From Parachlamydiales bacterium (GTDB lineage: Bacteria > Chlamydiota > Chlamydiia > Chlamydiales > Rhabdochlamydiaceae), in the NCBI GenBank assembly GCA_963705295.1, contig OY970065.1, forward strand, positions 1,280,001 through 1,344,000: a DNA stretch of 64,000 bases, written 5' to 3'. Positions 29,430 to 38,122 of the stretch are shown here, piece after piece. The notes under the pieces are model-generated. The model was not told the origin of the DNA and did no database searches. It saw nothing but the letters and a program-made list of their open reading frames with translations. The translations under genes and the position numbers were made by a program. Within the stretch, counting starts at the first letter, position 1. The number at the start of each line of letters is the position of its first letter.

Positions 29430-30959
29430 TTAACCTCGTACGTCGAGGCCTTGGTCGATAAGGGGTTGTAGGGTATGACGGCCGAGCATCAGGTTTAGGT
29501 TGCAATCCCAGCATAAAAGCTGTTTCAGGTATTTAAGTTGAGCGAGAAAATCCCAAATTTGATTCGTTAGGCCAGAACAACAGTCAATAGCCAGATTTTC
29601 TAAGGGGAGATGTGTTAGGTGGGCAAAACCAGTTCCAGTTAATTTCCTACATTCTGTCAATTCGAGGGTTTTGAGTGGAAGGGTAGAGAGTGATTTTAAG
29701 TTCTCATCGGTCAACCCTTGATTACCATTGAGGCGTAGTGTTTCCAAATGGGTCAGTCGAGAAAGAAGGGAAAAACCGTAGCTGGTGATACTTTTATGAA
29801 AACTCAGATCAAGGCTTTTCAAGGTTGAAATGCTAGAGATAGAATCTAGGGCCATATCGGAAAGCTCATACGAGTTTTGCGCTAAACCCAGGGTTGTTAA
29901 ATGGGGAAGCCAAGTTAAATAAGCTAAAGCCTGATCACTACATCGATAGAAATTAAGGTCAAGGGTCTGTAATTTTCTTAGCACTGCAAGAGCTCGCAGG
30001 CCTTTATCACCTAGATTGTCGCATGAACTGAGGTCTAGAGTATGTAAAGAGGTCCCCTTTAGGAAAATCAGGGTAATTCCCGTGATACTTGTCCAGCGCA
30101 GCATGAGGCTTTGTAATTGTTTGAGTTTTCCAAGGAAGCGAATGCCCCAATCGGTTAAATTTCTACAATGACTCAAATCGAGTATTTCTAAAGTTTTAAT
30201 ATTTGAAATAAAAAATTCGATGTCTTTATCGGTGATGTTGGAAGAGGAAAGATTCAGTTTTTTTAGAGGAAGGCGAGTGAGCTCTAATAAGCCTGCACTT
30301 GTGAGGTCCTGATGGGCTAGATTGAGATTGATCGCCTTTAGACGGGGGAGTTTGGACAAGGCGCTTAAACCTACATTAGAAATAGGGGTAAAACTCAGAT
30401 CTAAATCGAGTTGTTCTAAACTTGAAATTTTGCCGATCTGTTCTAAGCCAGCATCCGTTATCCCTTTGGAAAAGGTTATTCTGAGGTTTGTTAACGCAGG
30501 CAGCTGGGTGAGAAATCCTAAAGCGGTATCTGTAAATTCAAAAGCACCGAGATGAAGATTTTGCAACCGGGGACAGGAAGAACAAATCGCTGCAATAACA
30601 TTTTCTGTAGGTATTTTCCCTTTGAATTCGCTGTTTAAAGTTAAACTCGTGAGATTGGGACAGTATTTTAAGATTTCTATGACCTCGTCATCATGGAGAT
30701 AATAGTGGGTTAAATCGAGGGTTGTTAAATTTCGACCTTGAACCCTCATATACTCAAAAAATTCCTTTAAACTATTAAACTCGGTTTTTGAAGGTACGAC
30801 TTGTCCGAGTATGATTATTGCTCTTTCTAAGCTTCTATTTACGGGTGGGACTTCGCTAAAAATGCCCCGCGCAATTGCTACGGCTGGGGAATCTCTTTTC
30901 TCAGTAATAACAGGTCTAATGTGCCCTAATAAAACATTAATTCTATCTAATGAACTCAT
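29430..30959 (-). CDS. Leucine-rich repeat protein (FBXL-like cysteine-containing LRRs)
   Basis: Repeated LxxLDLSxCxxLTDxGL units. Confidence 0.88.
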   Translation of the reverse strand: MSSLDRINVLLGHIRPVITEKRDSPAVAIARGIFSEVPPVNRSLERAIIILGQVVPSKTEFNSLKEFFEYMRVQGRNLTTLDLTHYYLHDDEVIEILKYCPNLTSLTLNSEFKGKIPTENVIAAICSSCPRLQNLHLGAFEFTDTALGFLTQLPALTNLRITFSKGITDAGLEQIGKISSLEQLDLDLSFTPISNVGLSALSKLPRLKAINLNLAHQDLTSAGLLELTRLPLKKLNLSSSNITDKDIEFFISNIKTLEILDLSHCRNLTDWGIRFLGKLKQLQSLMLRWTSITGITLIFLKGTSLHTLDLSSCDNLGDKGLRALAVLRKLQTLDLNFYRCSDQALAYLTWLPHLTTLGLAQNSYELSDMALDSISSISTLKSLDLSFHKSITSYGFSLLSRLTHLETLRLNGNQGLTDENLKSLSTLPLKTLELTECRKLTGTGFAHLTHLPLENLAIDCCSGLTNQIWDFLAQLKYLKQLLCWDCNLNLMLGRHTLQPLIDQGLDVRG

Positions 30960-31100
30960 AACTATCCTTTTTTAAAAGTTATATTATTATATTAAAATTC
31001 TAACATTAATGTCAATTTATTAAGTAGTTGAATGTAAAAGACTTATGGTTAAATTAATAACTTTGAAATAATTTATATAATATGTTATAATAATTAACAT

Positions 31101-31511
31101 ATGACAACTAAAGTATCTATTAATCAAATGCCTCTTGGAAAATTGAACGAAGTCCTTGAAAAAGGTGGGAGTCCAGCTTTGCTCGCAAAAATCTATGCGG
31201 CCCGGGCTAAAATCTTTATAGGAATGGCCGAAGGGGAGAAAGCCCTCTCCGATTTAAACAATGCAGAGTTCCATTACCGTGCGATGGATGAAATGAAAGC
31301 CTCCATTTTAATGGATCGAGGAATCACTTTCTTCAATATGAATCTTTTCCATACAGCTATTGCTGATTTCATCAATGCACTCCGTTGCCAACCGATATCG
31401 GATGAATTACGTGGACGGGCAGAATTCTATCTAAAATGCGCTGTCCAGAGAGATCGATCCAGAGATATCGAAGCCGCAAAGCAACTCTTACTTTTTGGAA
31501 GAAATCAATGA
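31101..31511 (+). CDS. Small TPR protein
   Basis: ALSDLNNA and ILMDRGITF...AIADFINAL TPR-like helices. Confidence 0.7.
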   Translation: MTTKVSINQMPLGKLNEVLEKGGSPALLAKIYAARAKIFIGMAEGEKALSDLNNAEFHYRAMDEMKASILMDRGITFFNMNLFHTAIADFINALRCQPISDELRGRAEFYLKCAVQRDRSRDIEAAKQLLLFGRNQ

Positions 31512-32008
31512 CGACACGAATTAGTTTTAGAGCCAGTGCCATTTTCGAGCTTCATTTAGAGATTAGAGCTAAAGAGCTTTATATCGGCGGCTTATTCTTA
31601 AGCGATGATGGAAGATATGATGAAGCTTTCATCCGTTTCCAAGCTGCTTTAGAGTGCATGCCAGAGCAAAGCCTCCGGACAGAGATTCTTTACGCCAGGG
31701 CACAAACATCGATGCGGTGTGGTTTAAATCGTGAGGCTTTCCATGATCTCAATGATGCAATTCATCATTACACTGTGATGGATGAACTGAAGGGGAAAAT
31801 TCTCTATTTGAGAGGTCATATCTATGGCTCATTTCATAATTTTCAGCTTGCCACACTAGATTTTTCCAATGCTCTTCTCTGCAATCCTTTAAAACCCGAA
31901 TTGAGAATAACCCTCGTATTTTTCAGAAATATTTCGATCATTGCGCAAGAAAATCAAAGAAGAATGATCCAAGCAGAGCAGACAGATCTTCTGCTGACTC
32001 AATTTTAA
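31508..32008 (+). CDS. Small TPR protein, paralog of the upstream gene
   Basis: Shares the DLNxAxxHYxxMDExKxxI block; ATG at 31508 overlaps the upstream stop. Confidence 0.7.
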   Translation: MTTRISFRASAIFELHLEIRAKELYIGGLFLSDDGRYDEAFIRFQAALECMPEQSLRTEILYARAQTSMRCGLNREAFHDLNDAIHHYTVMDELKGKILYLRGHIYGSFHNFQLATLDFSNALLCNPLKPELRITLVFFRNISIIAQENQRRMIQAEQTDLLLTQF

Positions 32009-32090
32009 TAACTCTTAGAAAAAAGTCTTATTTTCACACAGTTCAAGGTCGGTTGCAACAGAGTCAGTTCTCTTATAAGCCAGAATCTCT

Positions 32091-32151
32091 ACTTGACAAT
32101 TTTCTTGAAAATTACTAATTTTATTGGTAGTATACAAGAATAATATCAAGT
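32091..32151. promoter_or_regulatory. Imperfect 29-bp inverted repeat with 3-bp spacer over the abiE promoter, candidate AbiEi operator
   Basis: Arms 32091-32119 and 32123-32151 match at 22/29 positions; TTGACA at 32093. Confidence 0.65.
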
Positions 32152-32159
32152 GGTTCCTT

Positions 32160-32969
32160 ATGGGGTTGGATGAGTTTTTCGCTCAACATAAAGTATTTAC
32201 TATCAATGAACTAACTAAAAGTATGGGGTCTTCCAAAAATTCAACATTCTATAACTTAATCGCTTATCATCAAAAGCAAGGCCATATTCTTCATATTCGT
32301 CGTGGGTTATATTATTCCGTTCCTAAAGGGGTTGATCCTAAGAGCTGCTCTATTGATCCATTCTTAATTGCTAGTAAAATGGCAGAGGATGCAGTGCTTG
32401 CTTATCGGACTGCTCTTGGTTTCCATGGAAAACTCCACTCTGCTGAAAGTGAATTTATTTATCTTACAAGAAAGCGAGTCATGGCTCCTTTTGTTTTTAG
32501 AGAAATTAAGTACCAAGCTGTTTCCATTCCAACGGCTTTGAAAGGACCTACTGAAGCCATGTTTGGAGTGGAGCCATTAGATCGTCTTGGTCAAAAAATC
32601 GTAGTAACGACTCTGGAGCGCACTTTAGTGGATGTTCTAGATCGTCCCCATCTATGTGGCTCATGGGAAGAGATTTGGCGTTCTCTTGAAAATATCGAAT
32701 ATTTGGATCTAGATGAAGTGCTTAAATATGCTCTTCTTTTAGACAATGCAACAACAATTGCAAAGCTTGGATTTTTCCTAGAAACTCATCGAGAACAGTT
32801 CATGATATCCGATGAGTATCTTGAAGAGCTCTGTAAACATTGTCCAGCCAAACCTCATTATATGAATCGCAACCAGAAACAACCTCAAAAAATGATCACT
32901 AAATGGAATTTAATTGTTCCTCTAAGCCTGATCAATCGTTCATGGGAAGAACCTAATGAAAACATCTGA
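32160..32969 (+). CDS. Type IV TA antitoxin, AbiEi family
   Basis: N-terminal wHTH (GHILHIRRGLY), AYRTALGFHG and TTLERTLVDVLDRP; overlaps the toxin start. Confidence 0.88.
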   Translation: MGLDEFFAQHKVFTINELTKSMGSSKNSTFYNLIAYHQKQGHILHIRRGLYYSVPKGVDPKSCSIDPFLIASKMAEDAVLAYRTALGFHGKLHSAESEFIYLTRKRVMAPFVFREIKYQAVSIPTALKGPTEAMFGVEPLDRLGQKIVVTTLERTLVDVLDRPHLCGSWEEIWRSLENIEYLDLDEVLKYALLLDNATTIAKLGFFLETHREQFMISDEYLEELCKHCPAKPHYMNRNQKQPQKMITKWNLIVPLSLINRSWEEPNENI

Positions 32970-33951
32970 ACAAGAATTGATGAAAGAAGCCAATAAAACA
33001 GGGTTTCGCCCTGAAATTATGGAAAAAGTTTGGCATTTGATGGCCATTCTTGATGGCATCAGTACACATCCCTATTTAAAGGATCGATTAGTTCTAAAAG
33101 GAGGTACGGCTTTAAATCTTTTCTTCTTTGACCTTCCTCGATTGTCTCTGGATATCGACCTCAACTATATTGGGAAATTGGATAGACAAGAAATGCTTCT
33201 GGAACGTCCTGAGATAGAAAAGGCACTAGAAGCGGTATTTCATAAAGAAGGCTTAAGCATTCGGCGAATCCCAGAAAAACATGCGGGAGGAAAATGGCAG
33301 CTTCGCTATGAAAGTGCTCTGGGAGGTAGTGGCAATCTAGAAGTAGATCTCAACTTTATGTTTAGAATGCCCTTGTACGAGATAAGCAAGCAACATTCGC
33401 GCGCGATTGGAACACGAACAACCAAAGAGATAGCGCTTCTGGATATCCATGAGCTTGGTGCTGGGAAAATTGTAGCGCTGTTTAACAGACGTGCTTCTCG
33501 TGACCTCTTCGATGCACATCAACTGTTGACGAAATGTTCTTTAAATGTCGAACAACTGCGGCTTGCATGCCTTGTGTATGGAGCAATGGGGTCAAAAGAC
33601 TGGCGCCAGATATCCATCGAAGATATTTCCTTTGAGGAAAAAGAGCTGAAAAACCAACTCATTCCTGTTCTTAGGAAACGTGCATATCGAAATGATGGTT
33701 GGCTCAGTTGGACGAATCAAATGCTTAGTGATTGTAAAAATGCTTTAAAGTCACTTTTCCCTTTGAAAGAAGGCGAACAGCTTTTTCTTAAAAACGTGTT
33801 TGAGAAAGGGGAGATTGACGCAACATTAATCACGCGAGATTACAATTTAATTCAGATTATCAATTCACATCCACTCTTACAATGGAAATTACAGCTTGCA
33901 TCCAAAAATAGAATTATGCCCAAGACAGGCTCCCCCTCGGCAAGCAGCTAA
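32956..33951 (+). CDS. Type IV TA toxin, AbiEii nucleotidyltransferase family
   Basis: LKGGTAL, RLSLDIDL and KIVALFNRRASRDLFD. Confidence 0.92.
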   Translation: MKTSEQELMKEANKTGFRPEIMEKVWHLMAILDGISTHPYLKDRLVLKGGTALNLFFFDLPRLSLDIDLNYIGKLDRQEMLLERPEIEKALEAVFHKEGLSIRRIPEKHAGGKWQLRYESALGGSGNLEVDLNFMFRMPLYEISKQHSRAIGTRTTKEIALLDIHELGAGKIVALFNRRASRDLFDAHQLLTKCSLNVEQLRLACLVYGAMGSKDWRQISIEDISFEEKELKNQLIPVLRKRAYRNDGWLSWTNQMLSDCKNALKSLFPLKEGEQLFLKNVFEKGEIDATLITRDYNLIQIINSHPLLQWKLQLASKNRIMPKTGSPSASS

Positions 33952-34345
33952 AGCTGTCATGTCCGAGGGGCCGGTTTGCACGCAAGCGTGCTGCACTTCT
34001 CGTCCTGGCGTGAGCCAAATCATTGGCTCACTTCTTGCGCTAAAAGTGCGAACTCTTATTGCCCAAGACAGGCTCCCCCTCGGCAAGCAGCTAAAGCTGT
34101 CATGTCCGAGGGGCCGGTTTGCACGCAAGCGTGCTGCACTTCTCGTCCTGGCGTGAGCCAAATCATTGGCTCACTTCTTGCGCTAAAAGTGCGAACTCTT
34201 ATTGCCCAAGACAGGCTCCCCCTCGGCAAGCAGCTAAAGCTGTCATGTCCGAGGGGCCGGTTTGCACGCAAGCGTGCTGCACTTCTCGTCCTGGCGTGAG
34301 CCAAATCATTGGCTCACTTCTTGCGCTAAAAGTGCGAACTCTTAT
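33917..34345 (-). repeat. Three identical 143-bp tandem repeats, each carrying the last 13 nt of tRNA-Leu
   Basis: TGCCCAAGACAGG starts at 33917, 34060, 34203 and 34346 (the tRNA itself); the intervening sequence is identical. Confidence 0.95.
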
Positions 34346-34429
34346 TGCCCAAGACAGGACTCGAACCTGCACACCCTTTCGGGTAACAGAACCTAAATCT
34401 GTTGTGTCTACCAATTCCACCACCTGGGC
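34346..34429 (-). tRNA. tRNA-Leu(UAG)
   Basis: GCCCAGGTGGTGGAATTGGTAGAC...ACAGA-TTTAGGT-TCTGT, long variable arm and GGTTCGAGTCC; CCA not encoded. Confidence 0.96.
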
Positions 34430-34436
34430 CCAGTTA

Positions 34437-34979
34437 TTAATGCGTACCAAAAAACCGATCTCCAAAGTCCCCAAGACCAGGGACAATGAAGTGATGGCTG
34501 TCTAGGGATGGGTCGACAGCCGCCACAAAAATAGAGACATAAGGATACTGACTTCGGATTTTCTGTAAACCTTCGGTTGAAGCAATAATTCCTATTAAAA
34601 CTATTTTTGAAGCACCTTTTTCTACCAATCGTTGAATAGCCAGCAGAGAGCTACCAGCCGTAGCAACCATTGGATCTAAAATAAAAACTGTATCGGAGGG
34701 TTGGATCGGGGGAATATTCTCATAGTAGAGAATCGGGGTGGCGGTTTTTTCATCCCGTCTGATTCCAAAAAACCCGATCGGCGCCTCAAGAAAATAATTC
34801 AAAAAAGAGGGGAGAAGGGACATTCCGGCTCGCAAAATAGGAACCAGGAGTGCCCGCTCTGGTTTTATGGCAGAAATCGCTTCTGCGGCGATCAGCTCGG
34901 CAAGCTGCAACGCCGTCTGGCGAAAGACCCCTAGAGGAATATTTTTATCTCTTAAGATTTTCAGTAAATGATCTTTCAA
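34437..34979 (-). CDS. upp: Uracil phosphoribosyltransferase
   Basis: PILRAG, LDPMVATAGS and IVPGLGDFGDRFFGT. Confidence 0.95.
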   Translation of the reverse strand: MKDHLLKILRDKNIPLGVFRQTALQLAELIAAEAISAIKPERALLVPILRAGMSLLPSFLNYFLEAPIGFFGIRRDEKTATPILYYENIPPIQPSDTVFILDPMVATAGSSLLAIQRLVEKGASKIVLIGIIASTEGLQKIRSQYPYVSIFVAAVDPSLDSHHFIVPGLGDFGDRFFGTH

Positions 34980-35572
34980 ATCTCTACCTTTTTACGGAGT
35001 ATATCTGTAGCAGAATCGACAATTTCTTGCGTCTCAATATCGTAAAGGGTCAGTGTCATGAGATAATCTTCGATATCATACCTTTTCTGCTCCGTCATCG
35101 CTTTGGAAATCCGAATTTTAGCTAGAAATTGGGGTGCAGAGACCTGGTGGTTTTCCACCCGTGTTTTCGAAGAGTATTTGGGGTCTTTCAAGATTTTTTT
35201 GAGCCAATGATCGAGTTCTTGCTCATCTTTGGTATCTCCAACCACCATCGTTACCCGTCCATCATCGACTGCGACATGCTCGACAATATCCCGAATGACA
35301 TCTGTTGGAATCACCATATCGGTCCGGTTATCGATGTGGGTGATGATAATCCGTGGCTTTCCTTGAGCCACATCATAATTTGTCCGTGCAATCCACCTGT
35401 CCACCAGCTGCTTGGTGATTTTCCCCGTCTGAATCCGGATATCGGTTGCACCATATTTCCAGTTCAAGCACGTTTCTTTCGGATTTCCAGGGGTGATATC
35501 TTGCGCTGTGCGGATATCACGGCCGCAACTGGCCAATATGATTGATAGAGCAATTGGAATATATTTTTTCAT
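34976..35572 (-). CDS. LpoB-like lipoprotein
   Basis: Lipobox LASC, IDNRT and YLMTLTLYDIETQEIV; start taken at MKKYIP. Confidence 0.65.
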   Translation of the reverse strand: MKKYIPIALSIILASCGRDIRTAQDITPGNPKETCLNWKYGATDIRIQTGKITKQLVDRWIARTNYDVAQGKPRIIITHIDNRTDMVIPTDVIRDIVEHVAVDDGRVTMVVGDTKDEQELDHWLKKILKDPKYSSKTRVENHQVSAPQFLAKIRISKAMTEQKRYDIEDYLMTLTLYDIETQEIVDSATDILRKKVEI

Positions 35573-36596
35573 CGTTTTTCCTTGTTTGAAAGATTTCAAT
35601 AATACCGGGTTTTTCTTTATTCAAATGATAGAGATCGATCTGTGCGGGGAGCATCCGCCAGCTCCGAGTATCGGCCTGCGTCGCAGCATTCGAGATCAAC
35701 ATTGCAATATCCATTAGAGGCTGCACATCTTCCTTAGCCGATGCAACGACTCCCCGCCTCAGCAGAAGTCTAGCAGCAGCTCGGGTGGCAATCCAAGGCA
35801 TCTCTTTTTCCAAAGCCGCCTTCGCAGCAAGGGCTACATCATAGCTCAGCACCGGCTTTTGCGGGAGACCTAAATGCGAAACCTCCCGTATCCCGACCAG
35901 CTCTGGCACAGGTACACCCATCAAGGTCGACAAGGCAGGCCTCACATCCTCGATCCCCAAAATCGTCTCCAATACAGCCGCACAGACAATACTTGTCGGA
36001 GCTATCTTTGAAATCTTATGTGGGACAAGACCTCGGTGATGGATCACCAAAATATTTCCTTGGGGCAAATCCATTCCCAAGCGGTTGAACAACACCCGCG
36101 CATTGCTATCGTCACCCCTTCTCATTAAAAGAGTTCCCAGTAGATATGTCGTGAGGGGATTTTGCCCTTCATGATTCTCCAGATAATACAACGTTGCCGC
36201 TGCATTGTCTTCATCTCCTAAATGGAGAAAAGCCAGCGCTAGATAAAACCGTGCAAGGCCTTCTTCGAACAGCGGAGGAACATAAGCTCCTACACCATCC
36301 TGAATCAGTGTTTGACCCATCACTTCGGCCACGCTCGTCTGCTTATAATAATCGATCGCATCGAGCGCAGCCTGAAAATCTTTTACAGATTCCTCCATTT
36401 TCCCATTTTGAAAATAGACCATCGCACGCGATAGCAGAAGGAGCGCAGACTCTCGATTCTTTGTATACGCCCGATCAACCTCTGCTAAATCTCGCTCTGC
36501 TTCATCCAAATTTCCGTGCTCAAAATGGACCGCTGCATGCTGATACGTCGCTGTCGAGCACGAGAATAATAATAGCAGGACCCAGAGATAGATCAT
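35517..36596 (-). CDS. TPR-containing lipoprotein (COG3014-like)
   Basis: Lipobox LFSC, TPR helices and ADTRSWRMLP; adjacent to the LpoB-like gene. Confidence 0.7.
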   Translation of the reverse strand: MIYLWVLLLLFSCSTATYQHAAVHFEHGNLDEAERDLAEVDRAYTKNRESALLLLSRAMVYFQNGKMEESVKDFQAALDAIDYYKQTSVAEVMGQTLIQDGVGAYVPPLFEEGLARFYLALAFLHLGDEDNAAATLYYLENHEGQNPLTTYLLGTLLMRRGDDSNARVLFNRLGMDLPQGNILVIHHRGLVPHKISKIAPTSIVCAAVLETILGIEDVRPALSTLMGVPVPELVGIREVSHLGLPQKPVLSYDVALAAKAALEKEMPWIATRAAARLLLRRGVVASAKEDVQPLMDIAMLISNAATQADTRSWRMLPAQIDLYHLNKEKPGIIEIFQTRKNDEKIYSNCSINHIGQLRP

Positions 36597-36646
36597 CTTT
36601 AAAGATTTAGAAATGATCCATTAAAGATTCTTTCTTGTCTATCTTC

Positions 36647-37087
36647 TTATGGTTCGTAGACTGGGTGGATCGGGAAGCCGGCGGAGCGGACGGTGAAGAT
36701 CGCTTGGGCGATCGGTTCCCAGCGGGCATCGCGGGCGATGTGGAGGAGGACCTTGGTCTCTGAAGGGTTGGAAGGTATGAGGCCGAGTTGTTGTTGTTTG
36801 AGGAGTTCTTGTTTGATGCTCTCGGGACCGTCCATGATGAACTCGTTGACTTCGGTGAGCCATTTGTAGGTTCCATCTTCCGAGATGCTGATGTTGACTT
36901 GGTACGGTTGGTCGGAGGAGGGGGTTTGGGTATGAACGCGAGCGAGTTTGACTTCGGAGTCGTAGAGGACGGCACGGGTGATGGCCATGGTGGCGAAGAC
37001 GGCGACAATGAGGAATAGAAAGTCGACCATGGGTGCCAGGTTGATGGTATGGGATCTTTTGAACTCTTCTTCAGGAATGAGACTCAT
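36647..37087 (-). CDS. exbD: ExbD/TolR family protein
   Basis: INLAPMVDFLFLIV transmembrane motif. Confidence 0.88.
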   Translation of the reverse strand: MSLIPEEEFKRSHTINLAPMVDFLFLIVAVFATMAITRAVLYDSEVKLARVHTQTPSSDQPYQVNISISEDGTYKWLTEVNEFIMDGPESIKQELLKQQQLGLIPSNPSETKVLLHIARDARWEPIAQAIFTVRSAGFPIHPVYEP

Positions 37088-37090
37088 GGA

Positions 37091-38017
37091 TTAACTCTCA
37101 ATGAGGTTGGCAAGCGATTGCGCTTCATTTTCAACCCGCACGAGCTGCCGGGTCAGTCGGTATTTGGAGATCGAGTGGAAGGTGAGGGCAAGGATCGCCA
37201 CGATTAAACCGCACAAAGTGGTTCCAACCGAGACTCCAAGCCCATCAAAGAGGGCCGTAATACTCTCCATCGACCGATTGAGATCGTAAAAAGCATAGAA
37301 CATGCCCAGCACAGTTCCAAGTAAACCGAGCATCGGAGCGATGACAGCGATATCGTTGAGTAGAGCGAGTTTTTGCCAGAATGTCGTGGTCGCCCTTCGA
37401 CCTTCGGCTTTCATCAAATCGAGCATGATATTTTGTCCTTGATGACGGGTCTGAATTCCTGTGGCTACCATCTTGAAGAGGACCGAGGGGTTATTTTCGC
37501 AGACCAGGAGCGCTTCTCCGTACTGTTTTTGTGAAAGCTTTTCTCGAATCTCACGGAGGCTCTCTGCGGGGATCAGTTGTTTTTCCCTCAGGTTCATCAG
37601 AGCATAAGCCCAAATCGAGAGACTTCCAATGGAAAGGATAAAAAGAAGGGTATAGATCGTTGGAGAAGCCGCAAAGACCTGACCGAGATCAATTAAAATT
37701 CCATTCGATTTAACAGCAGCTTCAACTTCACGCTCCTCTTCTTCAAGAGCAGAAAGCTCATCTTCAGGATCAAAGGGGACCGGTTGAATTTCTTGAGGTG
37801 ATGTTTCCAAAAGCGTAGCCGCTTTTTGAGGAGGAATAGAAGGGGAGTCTGTATTTAAAATAATATTTAACTTTGAAGCGGTTTCTTTAGGAGCTTCCGT
37901 ATCAGGTAGCGACTTTGCAAAGTTTTCGATTTCGTGCTTGGCCTCCTGCTCGGATAGGGGGATTTCTTCTGCCAAAAGGGTTGAGGCGTAGATTGTTAGA
38001 ATGACCCATTTTTTCAT
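37091..38017 (-). CDS. exbB: MotA/TolQ/ExbB family protein
   Basis: IAPMLGLLGTVLGMF. Confidence 0.88.
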   Translation of the reverse strand: MKKWVILTIYASTLLAEEIPLSEQEAKHEIENFAKSLPDTEAPKETASKLNIILNTDSPSIPPQKAATLLETSPQEIQPVPFDPEDELSALEEEEREVEAAVKSNGILIDLGQVFAASPTIYTLLFILSIGSLSIWAYALMNLREKQLIPAESLREIREKLSQKQYGEALLVCENNPSVLFKMVATGIQTRHQGQNIMLDLMKAEGRRATTTFWQKLALLNDIAVIAPMLGLLGTVLGMFYAFYDLNRSMESITALFDGLGVSVGTTLCGLIVAILALTFHSISKYRLTRQLVRVENEAQSLANLIES

Positions 38018-38122
38018 GCGTTAAACCTCTTTTTAAATTTTACAATAGCAACCCGCTTAGTATTGATCAAGGATTGAATTTATCCGGCGGATCATCTAAA
38101 ATTCTTCGCAAAAAGGTACGGC

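Larger units (their letters stand above)
27892..29461 (+). pseudogene. Fic-family protein gene broken by two palindromic elements and a probable internal deletion/frameshift
   Basis: Fragments 27892-28548, ~28725-28853 and 29015-29461, the last carrying HPFIDGNGRCAR. Removing the elements restores GYPYDAKRL and AGSTVFVMPDLVEGTL. Confidence 0.88.

Noticed and set aside
29428..29438. TATTAACCTCG at the Fic/LRR junction
   Set aside because: It matches only the first 8 nt of the element arm and no core follows.
30960..31100. Possible dif site in an AT-rich intergenic region
   Set aside because: Only partial TTATG..TAAAT-like words, without the correct XerC/XerD spacing; better explained as divergent promoters.
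33917..34345. CRISPR array
   Set aside because: The units are identical over all 143 bp with no variable spacers, and no cas genes are present.
27892..34345. Integrative element or prophage at tRNA-Leu
   Set aside because: No integrase or phage genes, and I found no distal copy of the tRNA 3' end to act as a second att site.
33889..34505. Repeated short ORFs (MAHARTRS..., MHASVLHF...)
   Set aside because: They are by-products of the tandem repeat and the tRNA in several frames; no coding evidence.
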